Positions 38,411 to 48,664 of a stretch of DNA of 64,000 nt are shown here, one piece after another. Numbering within the stretch: the first letter of the stretch is position 1; each line of letters starts with the position of its first letter. Source of the DNA: a virus (lineage: Duplodnaviria; Caudoviricetes); IMG/VR virus record IMGVR_UViG_3300018494_000083; one strand, 5' to 3'. The notes beneath the pieces were generated by a model. The model had not been told where the DNA came from. It searched no databases and saw only the letters and a list, made by a program, of their open reading frames with translations. The position numbers and the translations under genes were made by a program.

Positions 38411-40984
38411 ACTCCAATATCATACGGATTATGGATTCAAGATAAAGGAAGTTTCGTACTTGGAACACCTGTTAGTGGAACTGCGACATATGCATATAGT
38501 TCTAATCTAGATGGTGCTACTCCAGGAATGTATAATGAGGCAGAATGGAGACAGTATTACAGATTAAATATAGACGGAATTGGAGGAGCTGGCGGTTATA
38601 CATACGGGGTTGACGGATTAGGGTATGGTTTTACTCCAGGTACACATGACGGGGTTGACGGATTATATAATGAGATGATTCGACTCGGTTATAGCGGCGA
38701 TATAAATTTTGCAGGAGCTCAAGATAGCATACGAGGTGTATAGACTCCAGCAAGAAATCATCATTCAGTACCAGTTGATTTGAAATCTATGATAAATGTA
38801 TCGATATTTGGAGATGCAAGAAGTAATTATATTGAGGCTAGCTATAATCATGGTGCTACTCCATCAATATTCATAAATTCTGATAGTCATACAAGATATA
38901 CAATTTATAACAGAGATGGACTTGGAAGAGATTATGCATATGTTATCGATAACTATGGTACTACTCCATCTGATACAAACCCAAATTATGATGGGACATT
39001 GGAAGATTTTCATTGGATAGCCAATTATGGAGGACCTTATACAGGTTGGTTACCTACTTGGATAATAGGTGTCACTCCTTTAATGCATGCCGATTCAATA
39101 CATTTAGATCAAAGATCCTTTGCCATTACATATCAAGATGGTTGTTTTCAGGTTGATCAAATCGAAAGTTATTATACCCATGGTTATTACTCCAGATAAA
39201 TTGCTTCATGTAGGCGAATTAGCAGGATGCCATTATTATTGGTTTGGTACTGGCGGATATGGAGGTTATGGCGGAACAGTTTGGGACAAAAGAGGTGTCT
39301 CAACTCCAGTCATGAATTATCACTCAATAAAAATAGATCAATACTCAATTGCCAATATATTACCTAATGGAAATGCACATGCATCTCTAATAGAAACATA
39401 TTATAATCATGGTGTCACTCCACCAGCATTTGGTTGGATGTACCAAGGGAGTCCATCTGGATACGGTCATATTGCAATCATATTTAGTTGGGGAGAATCA
39501 TCTGCTAGCAACCAAAGTACAGCTAATCCAAATGGTGCTACTCCAGGTCATGCTCTCAGGTACAATGGTATGTATCCTGCAGAAGGATCTCTTAGCCTTT
39601 CTGATGGCAGGGGAGCTGATTCTGGAACTATTTATCAGGCGTATAATGGTACTCCTTCTGTTAACGACCCAACGATGTTAATATATGGCGGATATAAATA
39701 TTCCTATTACTTTTATGATATGAGAGAATATGGAGGTATATCTGCTGATTCATCTGTTGGAGATCGAGGTGTTTATGACTCCATTTTGGAATACAAATTA
39801 TGATATAGCTTATCCAACATGGGTTTATAAAATAGAAAGTACTGGTTGGTGTATAAGTTATAGAAATACTACCCTGGATAAACTTGGTGATATACTCCGT
39901 CAGTAGCCGATAAATATAATGGATCTATATTGATACAGGAGAGTGTTCGGATTAATGGAGATTGTTCATGGAATGTATCAAGGGAAAAGTATGGACTCCT
40001 GGGTTGCTGGGAGACGTATATCATTGGTGCGATCAGTTTGAATACACCCAACCAGATGGGATTGTATATAGTAGTGGATTTGGATGTCATTCTAATCATG
40101 GTTACATTACTCCAGTTAGTGTGAATAAAATATATTCTAGCGACATTAATAACACTTGTGTAATTTTAAGAAATGGTGAAAGCGGGACATATGGCTATTT
40201 CTATTCAGGTGCCAATAATGGTGCTACTCCTAGTAATATGACAGATAGCAATGCTCAATTGTGGGATAATGGAATATCTGCAATCGGAACTTGGATTAAT
40301 ACTTTGTGGAATAAAATTGGTGTACAACTCCACATTTAATAGTACGAAATTTTATCCAGGAAATGTACTGTACGAGTTTAATCATAGCTGACGGATACGG
40401 TGTAACAGATCAGTGGTTCATGTCAAATTATAAGCTTGGTGAATACCACTCCAAGATCAGAATCACTAATATATGAAGGAACTGAATTATCAACGGATCA
40501 TTTGTATGCCATACATGATATCGGTCAATGCTCTCCCAGATTTTATATTAATATGTATGGTTCTACTCCAGATGTAAGATATTGGGTTGGTTTAAATGTA
40601 TGGCATGAAGGTATCTTTTGTCATATTCATACTGAATATAATGAATATGTAAATTACGCAAATTGTAAGTATGAGTTACTCCAAGTAGACGAGTTCCACC
40701 AGATGGAGAACAGAGAGGAACTAGAGTTCAAACCGATGGGACGTGTTCCGAACTTATATATACTATTCTTCGGTATGGACAACTCCAAGTAGATCTAAAG
40801 TAGCCATCAATGATGATCGATGGTGCAGATATTGGGAAAATGGGACAGTCACCTTTCAAGCATATCCAACAATCAGGTATGGTCTACTCCAAGTAATTCA
40901 AAAGCTGCAGATAGTCTGAGATGGTGTAGATTTATGAATAACGGAACAATTACAGTCTTAGCTTATCCATCAATATCGTATGAA
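38411..40984 (+). repeat. Variable-region cassette array 2 (23 units)
   Basis: Periodic ACTCC...GGT units, each open in the TP frame (e.g. TPISYGLW...NLDG, TPGMYNEA...GYG); linkers shift the frame or contain stops. Confidence 0.9.
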
Positions 40985-41217
40985 ATACTTACTTGAAACA
41001 AAATAAGACATAAATATACATCATATTTGTGATATGAGCAGGAGTAATTACAAGACTTATTATATTAATATAGGGAGTTAATATAATAACAGATCATTAG
41101 TAATCACTGTGGGTATATAAAAAGATATACTCTGATTAACACATCAATAATGTACCGTGAAATGCGGCGCATGTTAATTATCATATCAAAAAAATAATTC
41201 AAAGAGAGGTACACAAA

Positions 41218-41976
41218 ATGACCACAACAAATCCGAAACTCACACTTAGCACTGAAGTCCTTGGTGTGGCAGAAGGAAAACCGGAGGATCTGTCAGGTTA
41301 TATCCTTAATCCTAAGGAAGTATCTTCTGCTGTTGCGAGGGTATTTGAACTTTTGGGTGTTGACAAGGATGATATCAGATGCGTAAAGCTCGCTTCTGAT
41401 GCTGACAACAAGCCTAAGATTATCGTCGAGGTTTCCTACAAAGCTGTTAAGAAGAACGACGATAACCAGCCTACCGCTTCCTGGACCGAGTTCTATGAAG
41501 GCGGCAATCCCGAAGGTGGAAAGAATCGTCTCTCCAACTTCATTTACAAGTCCCTTATGGGCTGTGCGTATTATGGACAGGATCACAACGCTCTCAAGTG
41601 GCGTAAGGTTGTCCGTGGAGATGCTAAGTACGCTCAGATCGAGTTCGATCCTTACATCTTCATTGCATTCGCATACAACATCAACTTCGCTGATCCCTTC
41701 TTCAAGATCTCTGCTCCTGCTACTCGCTGGACTTCCAACGATAAGCTCGACGAGATGTCCGGTAAGGAGAGAAAGGCAATTCTTCGCAAGGAAGCAGAAT
41801 ACAAAGAGGAGAATCTTCGTCCCTGTGTCTTCTACGTAACTTTCGCAAAGAATTCTACTTGGAGAGCTAAAGACGGCTCTCAGGTAAACGGCTTCCATCC
41901 TGAGCAGGTTGAGTACGTTTACGGCGAGATGACTCGCGAGAGAAAGAAGGAGAAGAAAAAGAAGAAGAACCACTAA
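41218..41976 (+). CDS. Hypothetical protein
   Basis: 252-aa ORF, GAGG SD, upstream promoter motif at ~41000-41028. Confidence 0.75.
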   Translation: MTTTNPKLTLSTEVLGVAEGKPEDLSGYILNPKEVSSAVARVFELLGVDKDDIRCVKLASDADNKPKIIVEVSYKAVKKNDDNQPTASWTEFYEGGNPEGGKNRLSNFIYKSLMGCAYYGQDHNALKWRKVVRGDAKYAQIEFDPYIFIAFAYNINFADPFFKISAPATRWTSNDKLDEMSGKERKAILRKEAEYKEENLRPCVFYVTFAKNSTWRAKDGSQVNGFHPEQVEYVYGEMTRERKKEKKKKKNH

Positions 41977-42089
41977 GGTCCTCTCTTTATTCTCCACCGA
42001 TAACACTAGTCGGTAAGATAAATACGGAATGGGGTTTCGGCTCCATTCCGTATTTTTATTTTTTATCTTAAGAAAGATGGTTTACTATT

Positions 42090-42500
42090 ATGGCAAAAGA
42101 AATTTCATGTAAAGTACTTAAAGTATATTGCCAAACTGATGAAACTGAATACGGGGATACTCGTATGTGTGAAATCAGTTGGAATAATAGACCATGTAGT
42201 GGTGTGGATATTCGTAAATATGATAAATCGCGTGATGCTATGTTTAAAGGTATCACAGTTACATATAAAGGTTTGGAAGACATCGTAACAGCAGCCATTG
42301 AACATGGCTTAGTTGATACAGATGTCGTAAAGATGGCTATCGATAAGAGAGAAAACTCTGTATTCGGAGACGAAGATTTTGCTAAGTTGTTCAAGAAGAT
42401 GAATCACGAAAGTGAAGCTTATGAAAGAGATAAGTACGGAATGCTTCGAGATGACGATGGTAGAATTGTAATCTCTGCTAGACGAAAGGGGCTCAAGTAA
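42090..42500 (+). CDS. PC4/YdbC-like ssDNA-binding protein
   Basis: ISWNN...VDIRKY...KGITVT motif. Confidence 0.7.
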   Translation: MAKEISCKVLKVYCQTDETEYGDTRMCEISWNNRPCSGVDIRKYDKSRDAMFKGITVTYKGLEDIVTAAIEHGLVDTDVVKMAIDKRENSVFGDEDFAKLFKKMNHESEAYERDKYGMLRDDDGRIVISARRKGLK

Positions 42501-43522
42501 TGAACTATCCTGAAGTTTACGATGACATAGCCGAAACCTTACGAACTGCACTTGGTCGCAATAAGATCAAATACTCAGTCTTGGATGAATTACTTGAACT
42601 TCCCAGAATTGATGCAATTCATATTAATCTGGATAGTATCTTTTCATTCATTACTGCTAAGTATTTGGTAAAGTCTGAAGAAATAGATGCATCGTATAGA
42701 TATGTGATAGCTTCGTCGATACTGAATATCGTGGGTCATTATCGCCACTTCTGTGTAAGACGTGGATGGATTCCTACAATATATCTCTATGTCACAAATA
42801 AGTGGAGTGAGACAGTTGAGGCTTCCCTAAAGCTCATCGAGATTATATCTTATTATATCGATAAGGTATACTTCATGAAAGTGACAAAACATGATGCTCC
42901 TTATATCTATATGAACTATTTCATTCGAGAGCAAAAGAATTTCAATAACTTAATCCTCACGAAGGATATGATGGATCTTCAGTTACTTGCGGAATATACT
43001 CATGTAATTCATCTGAACAAAGACAATAGTATCTATTATTCACCTAAGAATCTTTGGTACAATATGTCTGAAGGTGCGGTTGAGCATAGTGTGATGACAC
43101 ATGAGCTTATTGGTCCTGTGTTATTCTATTCTGGAACTGGCACAAAGAATTCCGGTGTAAAGAATATGGGTAAAAAGAAGACCGTTAAGTTATTCGATAA
43201 ACTCGTATCCAGAGGTCAACTTACTAATAGCCGATACTTCAGCTATGAAGATATTGTCTATGATGCTGGGGATTTCCTGGATGACGATCTGACAAAGTTC
43301 AAAGAAAACTTCGCAAAGTATGACTTATTTACCCGATACAACAAGGTTATGACCACAAGCAAATCTCGAATCTTGGACAGTTATATAATAGATAAATTCT
43401 CGAGAAAAGATCTCTATGAATTGAATAATAAATACTTTACAGGATTCGATAGCTTGCAACTTGAATATCTCATGGAAGTTCCTGCAGATCCTAAAGCAGG
43501 CGGTCGTAAACTGAAATGGTAG
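42500..43522 (+). CDS. Putative FEN/RNase H-like 5'-3' nuclease-fold protein
   Basis: ILTKDMMDLQL and GVKNMGKKKTVKL (helix-hairpin-like); catalytic residues look degenerate. Confidence 0.5.
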   Translation: MNYPEVYDDIAETLRTALGRNKIKYSVLDELLELPRIDAIHINLDSIFSFITAKYLVKSEEIDASYRYVIASSILNIVGHYRHFCVRRGWIPTIYLYVTNKWSETVEASLKLIEIISYYIDKVYFMKVTKHDAPYIYMNYFIREQKNFNNLILTKDMMDLQLLAEYTHVIHLNKDNSIYYSPKNLWYNMSEGAVEHSVMTHELIGPVLFYSGTGTKNSGVKNMGKKKTVKLFDKLVSRGQLTNSRYFSYEDIVYDAGDFLDDDLTKFKENFAKYDLFTRYNKVMTTSKSRILDSYIIDKFSRKDLYELNNKYFTGFDSLQLEYLMEVPADPKAGGRKLKW

Positions 43523-43532
43523 GAGGTAACAC

Positions 43533-44777
43533 ATGTCAATACCTGTAACTGACCTTTCGGTCTACAAATATATGCTCAGTGATGTAACTCTGACAGCTCC
43601 TGGTTGGTCTGAACCATACGTCATTGAGCAAGGTAAAATCACTTCTGTTTCAATTGTGAATAACTATGAGGGTGCTATCATTCCTCAGTTATCACTTGAA
43701 GCAGTTGTTCCATATAAGACATACTATGAGATCTTGGCATCTTCCAAGAATCTCGAAGCAACATTTACTATCTCTTCTACAATCGGAGGAGATACCAGTG
43801 GATCGGGTGAACAGACACCTTTGGCAGCCTATAATAATGAGTATGCTAAAGTTAAGATGCGTGCAACTAACCAAGGTTATGTGCACTCACGAGATGTTGT
43901 TGAAACCCAGATGGACATCACAGGTGATACATCAACTAGCGAGTCTATGGATATGCAGATCAAACTGTTTCTGTATGACTCGGAGAAGTTGATTAAATAT
44001 AGACGCAATAAGTCGTTTGTTATTAACGGTAACATGAACGATGCTATCTATGAAATGCTTTCTAGCCGAGGTGTAGATAATATAGTATTTACACCAACCA
44101 TGGAAGTAGAACAAGCTACTTATGCAATTCCTTATGGTGACCTTGGTCAGAATCTTGAAGATCTCAATCGCCACTATGGAATATATGATTACAAGTATCT
44201 ATTCTTTATGGGTCTCGACCGTACATACTTGATCTCTAAGGGAAACCTCGGAAACGATCTCGAGTATGGTGAATTAGGTACTGTTAATGTCTATGTAGAG
44301 CCTTATGATTCCGAAACGCCTAATATCTATGCTGGTTGCTATCGAGATGAGATTAATAAACTCTATGTACTTGGTACAATGGATGCAAAGATTGATGATG
44401 TCGACACTCTTGCAGACTATGCATATGGTGGCAAGATCACCAGTGTAGTAGCAGGAACCAAAAACAAATACACTGATACAGTTGGTACTTATGATGTAGA
44501 GAAGTCCTATCTTATAAACAATAAGAAAGAACATACTCAGTTCATCCACGAGCTTCATGAAAGTAAGAGAATGCTTATGGTAAACTTCAAGAACATCGAC
44601 CTTAGTATCATTACACCCAACAAGAAATATGTGGTTTTAGCTAATGAAAAATTCTATGACCAGGATTATGAAATCTCTGGAGAATATAGATTGGCTAACT
44701 CTTCGATTGCTCTTGTTAATGATGGTACCGGTGCATTCAATGCAACTGTATCTTTAAGCTTACTCAAAGTAAACTAA
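43533..44777 (+). CDS. Putative baseplate hub/tail protein
   Basis: 414-aa ORF; LNRHYGIY and IITPNKKY...GEYRL hub-like C-terminus. Confidence 0.55.
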   Translation: MSIPVTDLSVYKYMLSDVTLTAPGWSEPYVIEQGKITSVSIVNNYEGAIIPQLSLEAVVPYKTYYEILASSKNLEATFTISSTIGGDTSGSGEQTPLAAYNNEYAKVKMRATNQGYVHSRDVVETQMDITGDTSTSESMDMQIKLFLYDSEKLIKYRRNKSFVINGNMNDAIYEMLSSRGVDNIVFTPTMEVEQATYAIPYGDLGQNLEDLNRHYGIYDYKYLFFMGLDRTYLISKGNLGNDLEYGELGTVNVYVEPYDSETPNIYAGCYRDEINKLYVLGTMDAKIDDVDTLADYAYGGKITSVVAGTKNKYTDTVGTYDVEKSYLINNKKEHTQFIHELHESKRMLMVNFKNIDLSIITPNKKYVVLANEKFYDQDYEISGEYRLANSSIALVNDGTGAFNATVSLSLLKVN

Positions 44778-44791
44778 GAGAGGTAAATACT

Positions 44792-45004
44792 ATGGCAATC
44801 TTACATAAAGTATCTTGCCTCTATGAGAATGATATTGACAAGTTCAATAATATTCTTAAAGAAAATGATTTCTTCATCTGTAGCGGTGGTCCACAGTATG
44901 TATTGCTTAAGGGCGAACGTCAATTCGGTCAACGATTTGAGACACCTCAGGCAGCATACTTGTGGGCTATTCAAGAAATTTTCGGGCAAGATTCATACGG
45001 TTAA
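44792..45004 (+). CDS. Small hypothetical protein
   Basis: GAGG SD, followed by a hairpin. Confidence 0.6.
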   Translation: MAILHKVSCLYENDIDKFNNILKENDFFICSGGPQYVLLKGERQFGQRFETPQAAYLWAIQEIFGQDSYG

Positions 45005-45131
45005 ACAACAAAGATAAAGAGTATAGGAAAAATCCTATACTCTTATTTTTTTGGTTTTTAGTAGGTAGTGATTATACACTATAATTGTGATAGAGATATC
45101 AAATAAATAAAATATAGATTGGAGAATCATT

Positions 45132-45368
45132 ATGTCAAACTACTTAGTCAAAATGAAACCCTCAGAAAAGTTACCCGATGGATCTATTTATGTAGATCAG
45201 GAAGCATGCCCTGTATTCATTGAATGCCAGGTTACCTTCGGTTCTACTAAAGTCCATGTTGTTCCTCTTGATGAGGATTATCCCGAAGGTACATATTATA
45301 AAGAAGAATTCGCTGCTCTTGTTGAAGATGGCAAGGCAGTCTTGTTGAGGGATCATGATGAAGCATAA
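45132..45368 (+). CDS. Small hypothetical protein
   Basis: GGAG SD. Confidence 0.65.
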   Translation: MSNYLVKMKPSEKLPDGSIYVDQEACPVFIECQVTFGSTKVHVVPLDEDYPEGTYYKEEFAALVEDGKAVLLRDHDEA

Positions 45369-45585
45369 AAATATCATATTCATACTCGCATCAATAATCA
45401 TTGTATTGGGTGCACTTGCGGCATTAATCATACTCACCCAACTTGCAATTGATCTGTTCTTATACATCTTCATTGAAACTGAACTGTATTGGATTGTGTG
45501 TCCAATCTTTATAGTTTTACTTATCGTTGGAATGATATATGGTGCCACTTCTGGAAAAGGTGGAACTTGGGAGGGAAAGAAATGA
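45355..45585 (+). CDS. Small two-TM membrane protein
   Basis: Two hydrophobic helices. Confidence 0.6.
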   Translation: MMKHKNIIFILASIIIVLGALAALIILTQLAIDLFLYIFIETELYWIVCPIFIVLLIVGMIYGATSGKGGTWEGKK

Positions 45586-46034
45586 AAAGAGTATACTCGG
45601 TATGTATAGTAATCGAATTCATATTATGTCTTGGGATGATGTTATATGCATCTAAGTCCATAATTGAAACGTATTATAATACATCACCAATTTGGGCAAT
45701 CGTCGGTGCAGTAATCTGCGATTTGATCATTGGAATTGTATGCTCTTTAATCATGGCATACATTGCAGAATGGGGAGAAAGGGACCAAAAAGAAATGAAC
45801 AAAATGACAAGAAGTGAAGCAATGGCGGCTATTCAAGCCGACCCGAACGTTAAAGTAACTCATGATTACTTTAGTCCTGAAGAATATCTTTATATGAAAG
45901 ATGGGAAGATCTACACAGAAGAAGGATATCTTTTCGAAGACTTTGACCCACATAGTCACAATAACGGAATGCGTCTTCGTGACGGCGAAAACTGGGCAAC
46001 CGGATGGAGTATCTGGAAGGGCGATAGCCAATAA
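45582..46034 (+). CDS. Membrane protein with soluble C-terminal domain
   Basis: Probable start MKRVY overlapping the previous stop; two TM segments. Confidence 0.6.
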   Translation: MKRVYSVCIVIEFILCLGMMLYASKSIIETYYNTSPIWAIVGAVICDLIIGIVCSLIMAYIAEWGERDQKEMNKMTRSEAMAAIQADPNVKVTHDYFSPEEYLYMKDGKIYTEEGYLFEDFDPHSHNNGMRLRDGENWATGWSIWKGDSQ

Positions 46035-46098
46035 AGATTAACAACAAAAAAAACGGAGGATAGCGTAATTGCTATCCTCCAAATTTTATTTTTTTTCT

Positions 46099-46977
46099 TT
46101 AGTTTACTGCAAACTCATACATAAGTCGAGTGGTCTCTTCTTTAGTATAAGTCTTAATGCCGAGTGAATGAATGCACTCGAGAAGAGTGTATGTGCAAAG
46201 TGTTTCACACAAAATATCTTCCATATCATCAGAGCTTACAGTTGCATTGCCGGACTCAGTCATAACAGCTCTACTCTTGTTGATGTAGATTGCATTGAAG
46301 AGAGACTTAGGACCGTTGTTGAAGACATTTACGCCACCAGCAACTGCCTCAGCCATTGTTTCTCCCTCAACTGCGGACAGAGAATCAACAACTGCGTCAA
46401 TCTTTTCTTTCTGCTCTTTGGACTTAGCCTCTTCATCCTTGTAGATGTCGATGATTCTATCCTGGAGAGCACCTGCATAAACATCCTTAGAATTTTCTCT
46501 TTCGAACTGATCGATGAGTTTCATATCATCCTTACTAAGAATGACTTTCTTATCATAAGCCTTAGCTTCCTCAGTAGACTTCTCTTCAGCGATTGCTTCA
46601 GCGAGAGGAAGGAGAGCTTTGATATAAGGGGATGCATGTTCAAGCTGAGCATGGAGCTTTTCAAACGAATCGCATTCAGAAAGTGCAGAAACAACTTCTC
46701 TGCGAGCCACAGGCATAAGCTGAGGTGCAAGTTCATTTGCATTTTCAATAACGAGCGCATCCATATACAGTCTCGACACAGCCTCTACAATTACTGCTTT
46801 GGTTACATCAAGCTGATACTTCATAACTTTCACAGGCAACTCTTTGGCTGCCATAGACTCGTTGAAAACTCTTCTACTTTCTTCAGTAGCTTCGTTGATA
46901 GCATTCACTCTTGCCTCTTCCTGAGCATATTCATCAGCTCTGACAAGCTTAAGGTATTCAGATACACTATTACCCAT
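46099..46977 (-). CDS. Putative head/virion protein
   Basis: AGGAGG SD; late motif at 47010; INEA/FNES/MTES motifs. Confidence 0.7.
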   Translation of the reverse strand: MGNSVSEYLKLVRADEYAQEEARVNAINEATEESRRVFNESMAAKELPVKVMKYQLDVTKAVIVEAVSRLYMDALVIENANELAPQLMPVARREVVSALSECDSFEKLHAQLEHASPYIKALLPLAEAIAEEKSTEEAKAYDKKVILSKDDMKLIDQFERENSKDVYAGALQDRIIDIYKDEEAKSKEQKEKIDAVVDSLSAVEGETMAEAVAGGVNVFNNGPKSLFNAIYINKSRAVMTESGNATVSSDDMEDILCETLCTYTLLECIHSLGIKTYTKEETTRLMYEFAVN

Positions 46978-47019
46978 GATACTACCTCCTAAAAATACGA
47001 TTTATTTTATAATAAGATG

Positions 47020-48639
47020 TTACTCAATGTTCACGACGATATTATCGAGAGGAACACTGATAAATTCGGACACATAAGCATCCGTACTTGTCGGAGCATT
47101 GTACTGGATAAGTCTATACTGAGATTGGAATCCATTAATAGATTCGAGCTCGATATACTTAATATACTCAGACATGTCGTTCATTACATTGGTAAGTACA
47201 TTACCCATGTAAAGTTTGTTGTTTTCGGAATTAGCGAAAATCTGTTCAATATGCTTCTTGATACACTGCTTCAGTTCAAGGAGCTTAGCGGTATCAAGTG
47301 TAGCATAGTTTTCAGTCAGACCAGCATAAACTACTACAGACAACTCAAGATCTCCAATATTCACAGCATTGCTACCATTAGAGAATGCAATTGTAAAGTA
47401 GTTACTTGGTCCAGATGTATTGAAGAATCGATAATCTGTATCGAAGTTATTGAGAAGTTTTCCCTTAACCTGTGACAGCAGATCTCTTGAATCAAAGATA
47501 ATATCTCTGAGTCTCTCTTCATATTCATCAAGACTTGCAATTTCTACACAAGGAACATCAAGCATCTGTGCCGGATCATCAGTGGAGATATCGATACGAA
47601 TAATATCAGTCATATCTACATAGAGATCAATAAGAGAAGATGTGTTAGAGTAGACATCACAAAGTCTATATCTAAAATTATCAGTACCTGCATTGTACTC
47701 ACAGATACCGGTATACATAGGATACAAGTTAGTAGAACCAGGAACGCCACCAGTTACAGCAGTAAAGACAGCACTCGAACCAGTTCCAACTTTGTTAACA
47801 AGAAGTCTCGAGTCATTTACATACTCAAAATCTTCGGTCTCTGCATACTCAAGATAATAGCAACCGATACCAAATCTGAACTGTTGAGGATCGATATCGA
47901 TACCATCTGCATCATAAAGAGCTCCATCAATGATAAACTCTCTATCCATATTGATATCAGAAGCACCAGCATTGATATCAGTAGGATTGTACAGATTCAT
48001 ACCCTTGAGTCGGAGAATTGTATTGTTATCAGAATCCATATAAGGATCTACCTTGAGGTCTGCCTCAAATACAAAGATATCATCAGAGTAAGATTTAAAC
48101 TCGAAGTCAAAGATACCTTTTACAATATTCGTTGCATTATTCTCATAGACAAATCCACGGAGGATGATAACTTTCTTAACATTGCCGGTATTTACATAGG
48201 TTACATTTCCATCAGGACCAGCTACGGTTTTCAGAGCCTTATGGTAGTCACCGTCCGTCATTACATTTACCTTCATCTTATATGTATCAGACTGAATATC
48301 TCGAGTGATATCAACATGGTCGATACGGAAGTTGATAGGTGATGTAGTATCAGTGTCCACACAAGTCATTCTCGGCGAAGCACCGATGTTGGAGGAATAA
48401 ACCTGAATACCTGCATCTGTATAAGCAAGGTTGTAAGGAGAGCAATATCTCTGTGTTGGCTCAAGTTCGGTGCCAGAGCTCCAGAAAGTTCCGAGAGTTC
48501 TAGGTGCATCCACATTGACACAACGAGAAGGAATTACTCCACCATCTTTGGTTTTGATCTTAGAGTTGATATCGAATACCATATTTACCAGATCGGATCT
48601 AACCTTTCTGATATAGTATTCATTGATTCCGTCCATCAC
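47020..48639 (-). CDS. Baseplate wedge protein, C-terminal part
   Basis: 539-aa ORF without a clear SD; appears to continue 48665-49792 in the +1 frame. Confidence 0.6.
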   Translation of the reverse strand: MMDGINEYYIRKVRSDLVNMVFDINSKIKTKDGGVIPSRCVNVDAPRTLGTFWSSGTELEPTQRYCSPYNLAYTDAGIQVYSSNIGASPRMTCVDTDTTSPINFRIDHVDITRDIQSDTYKMKVNVMTDGDYHKALKTVAGPDGNVTYVNTGNVKKVIILRGFVYENNATNIVKGIFDFEFKSYSDDIFVFEADLKVDPYMDSDNNTILRLKGMNLYNPTDINAGASDINMDREFIIDGALYDADGIDIDPQQFRFGIGCYYLEYAETEDFEYVNDSRLLVNKVGTGSSAVFTAVTGGVPGSTNLYPMYTGICEYNAGTDNFRYRLCDVYSNTSSLIDLYVDMTDIIRIDISTDDPAQMLDVPCVEIASLDEYEERLRDIIFDSRDLLSQVKGKLLNNFDTDYRFFNTSGPSNYFTIAFSNGSNAVNIGDLELSVVVYAGLTENYATLDTAKLLELKQCIKKHIEQIFANSENNKLYMGNVLTNVMNDMSEYIKYIELESINGFQSQYRLIQYNAPTSTDAYVSEFISVPLDNIVVNIE

Positions 48640-48664
48640 ATTCAGGAAAGTTCCGATATCATTC

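Noticed and set aside
38300-40792. ORF-track genes inside the arrays (e.g. 39120-39803, 13081-13497, 56571-56858)
   Set aside because: Chance in-frame runs of adjacent cassettes; no SD, and the frame breaks at linkers
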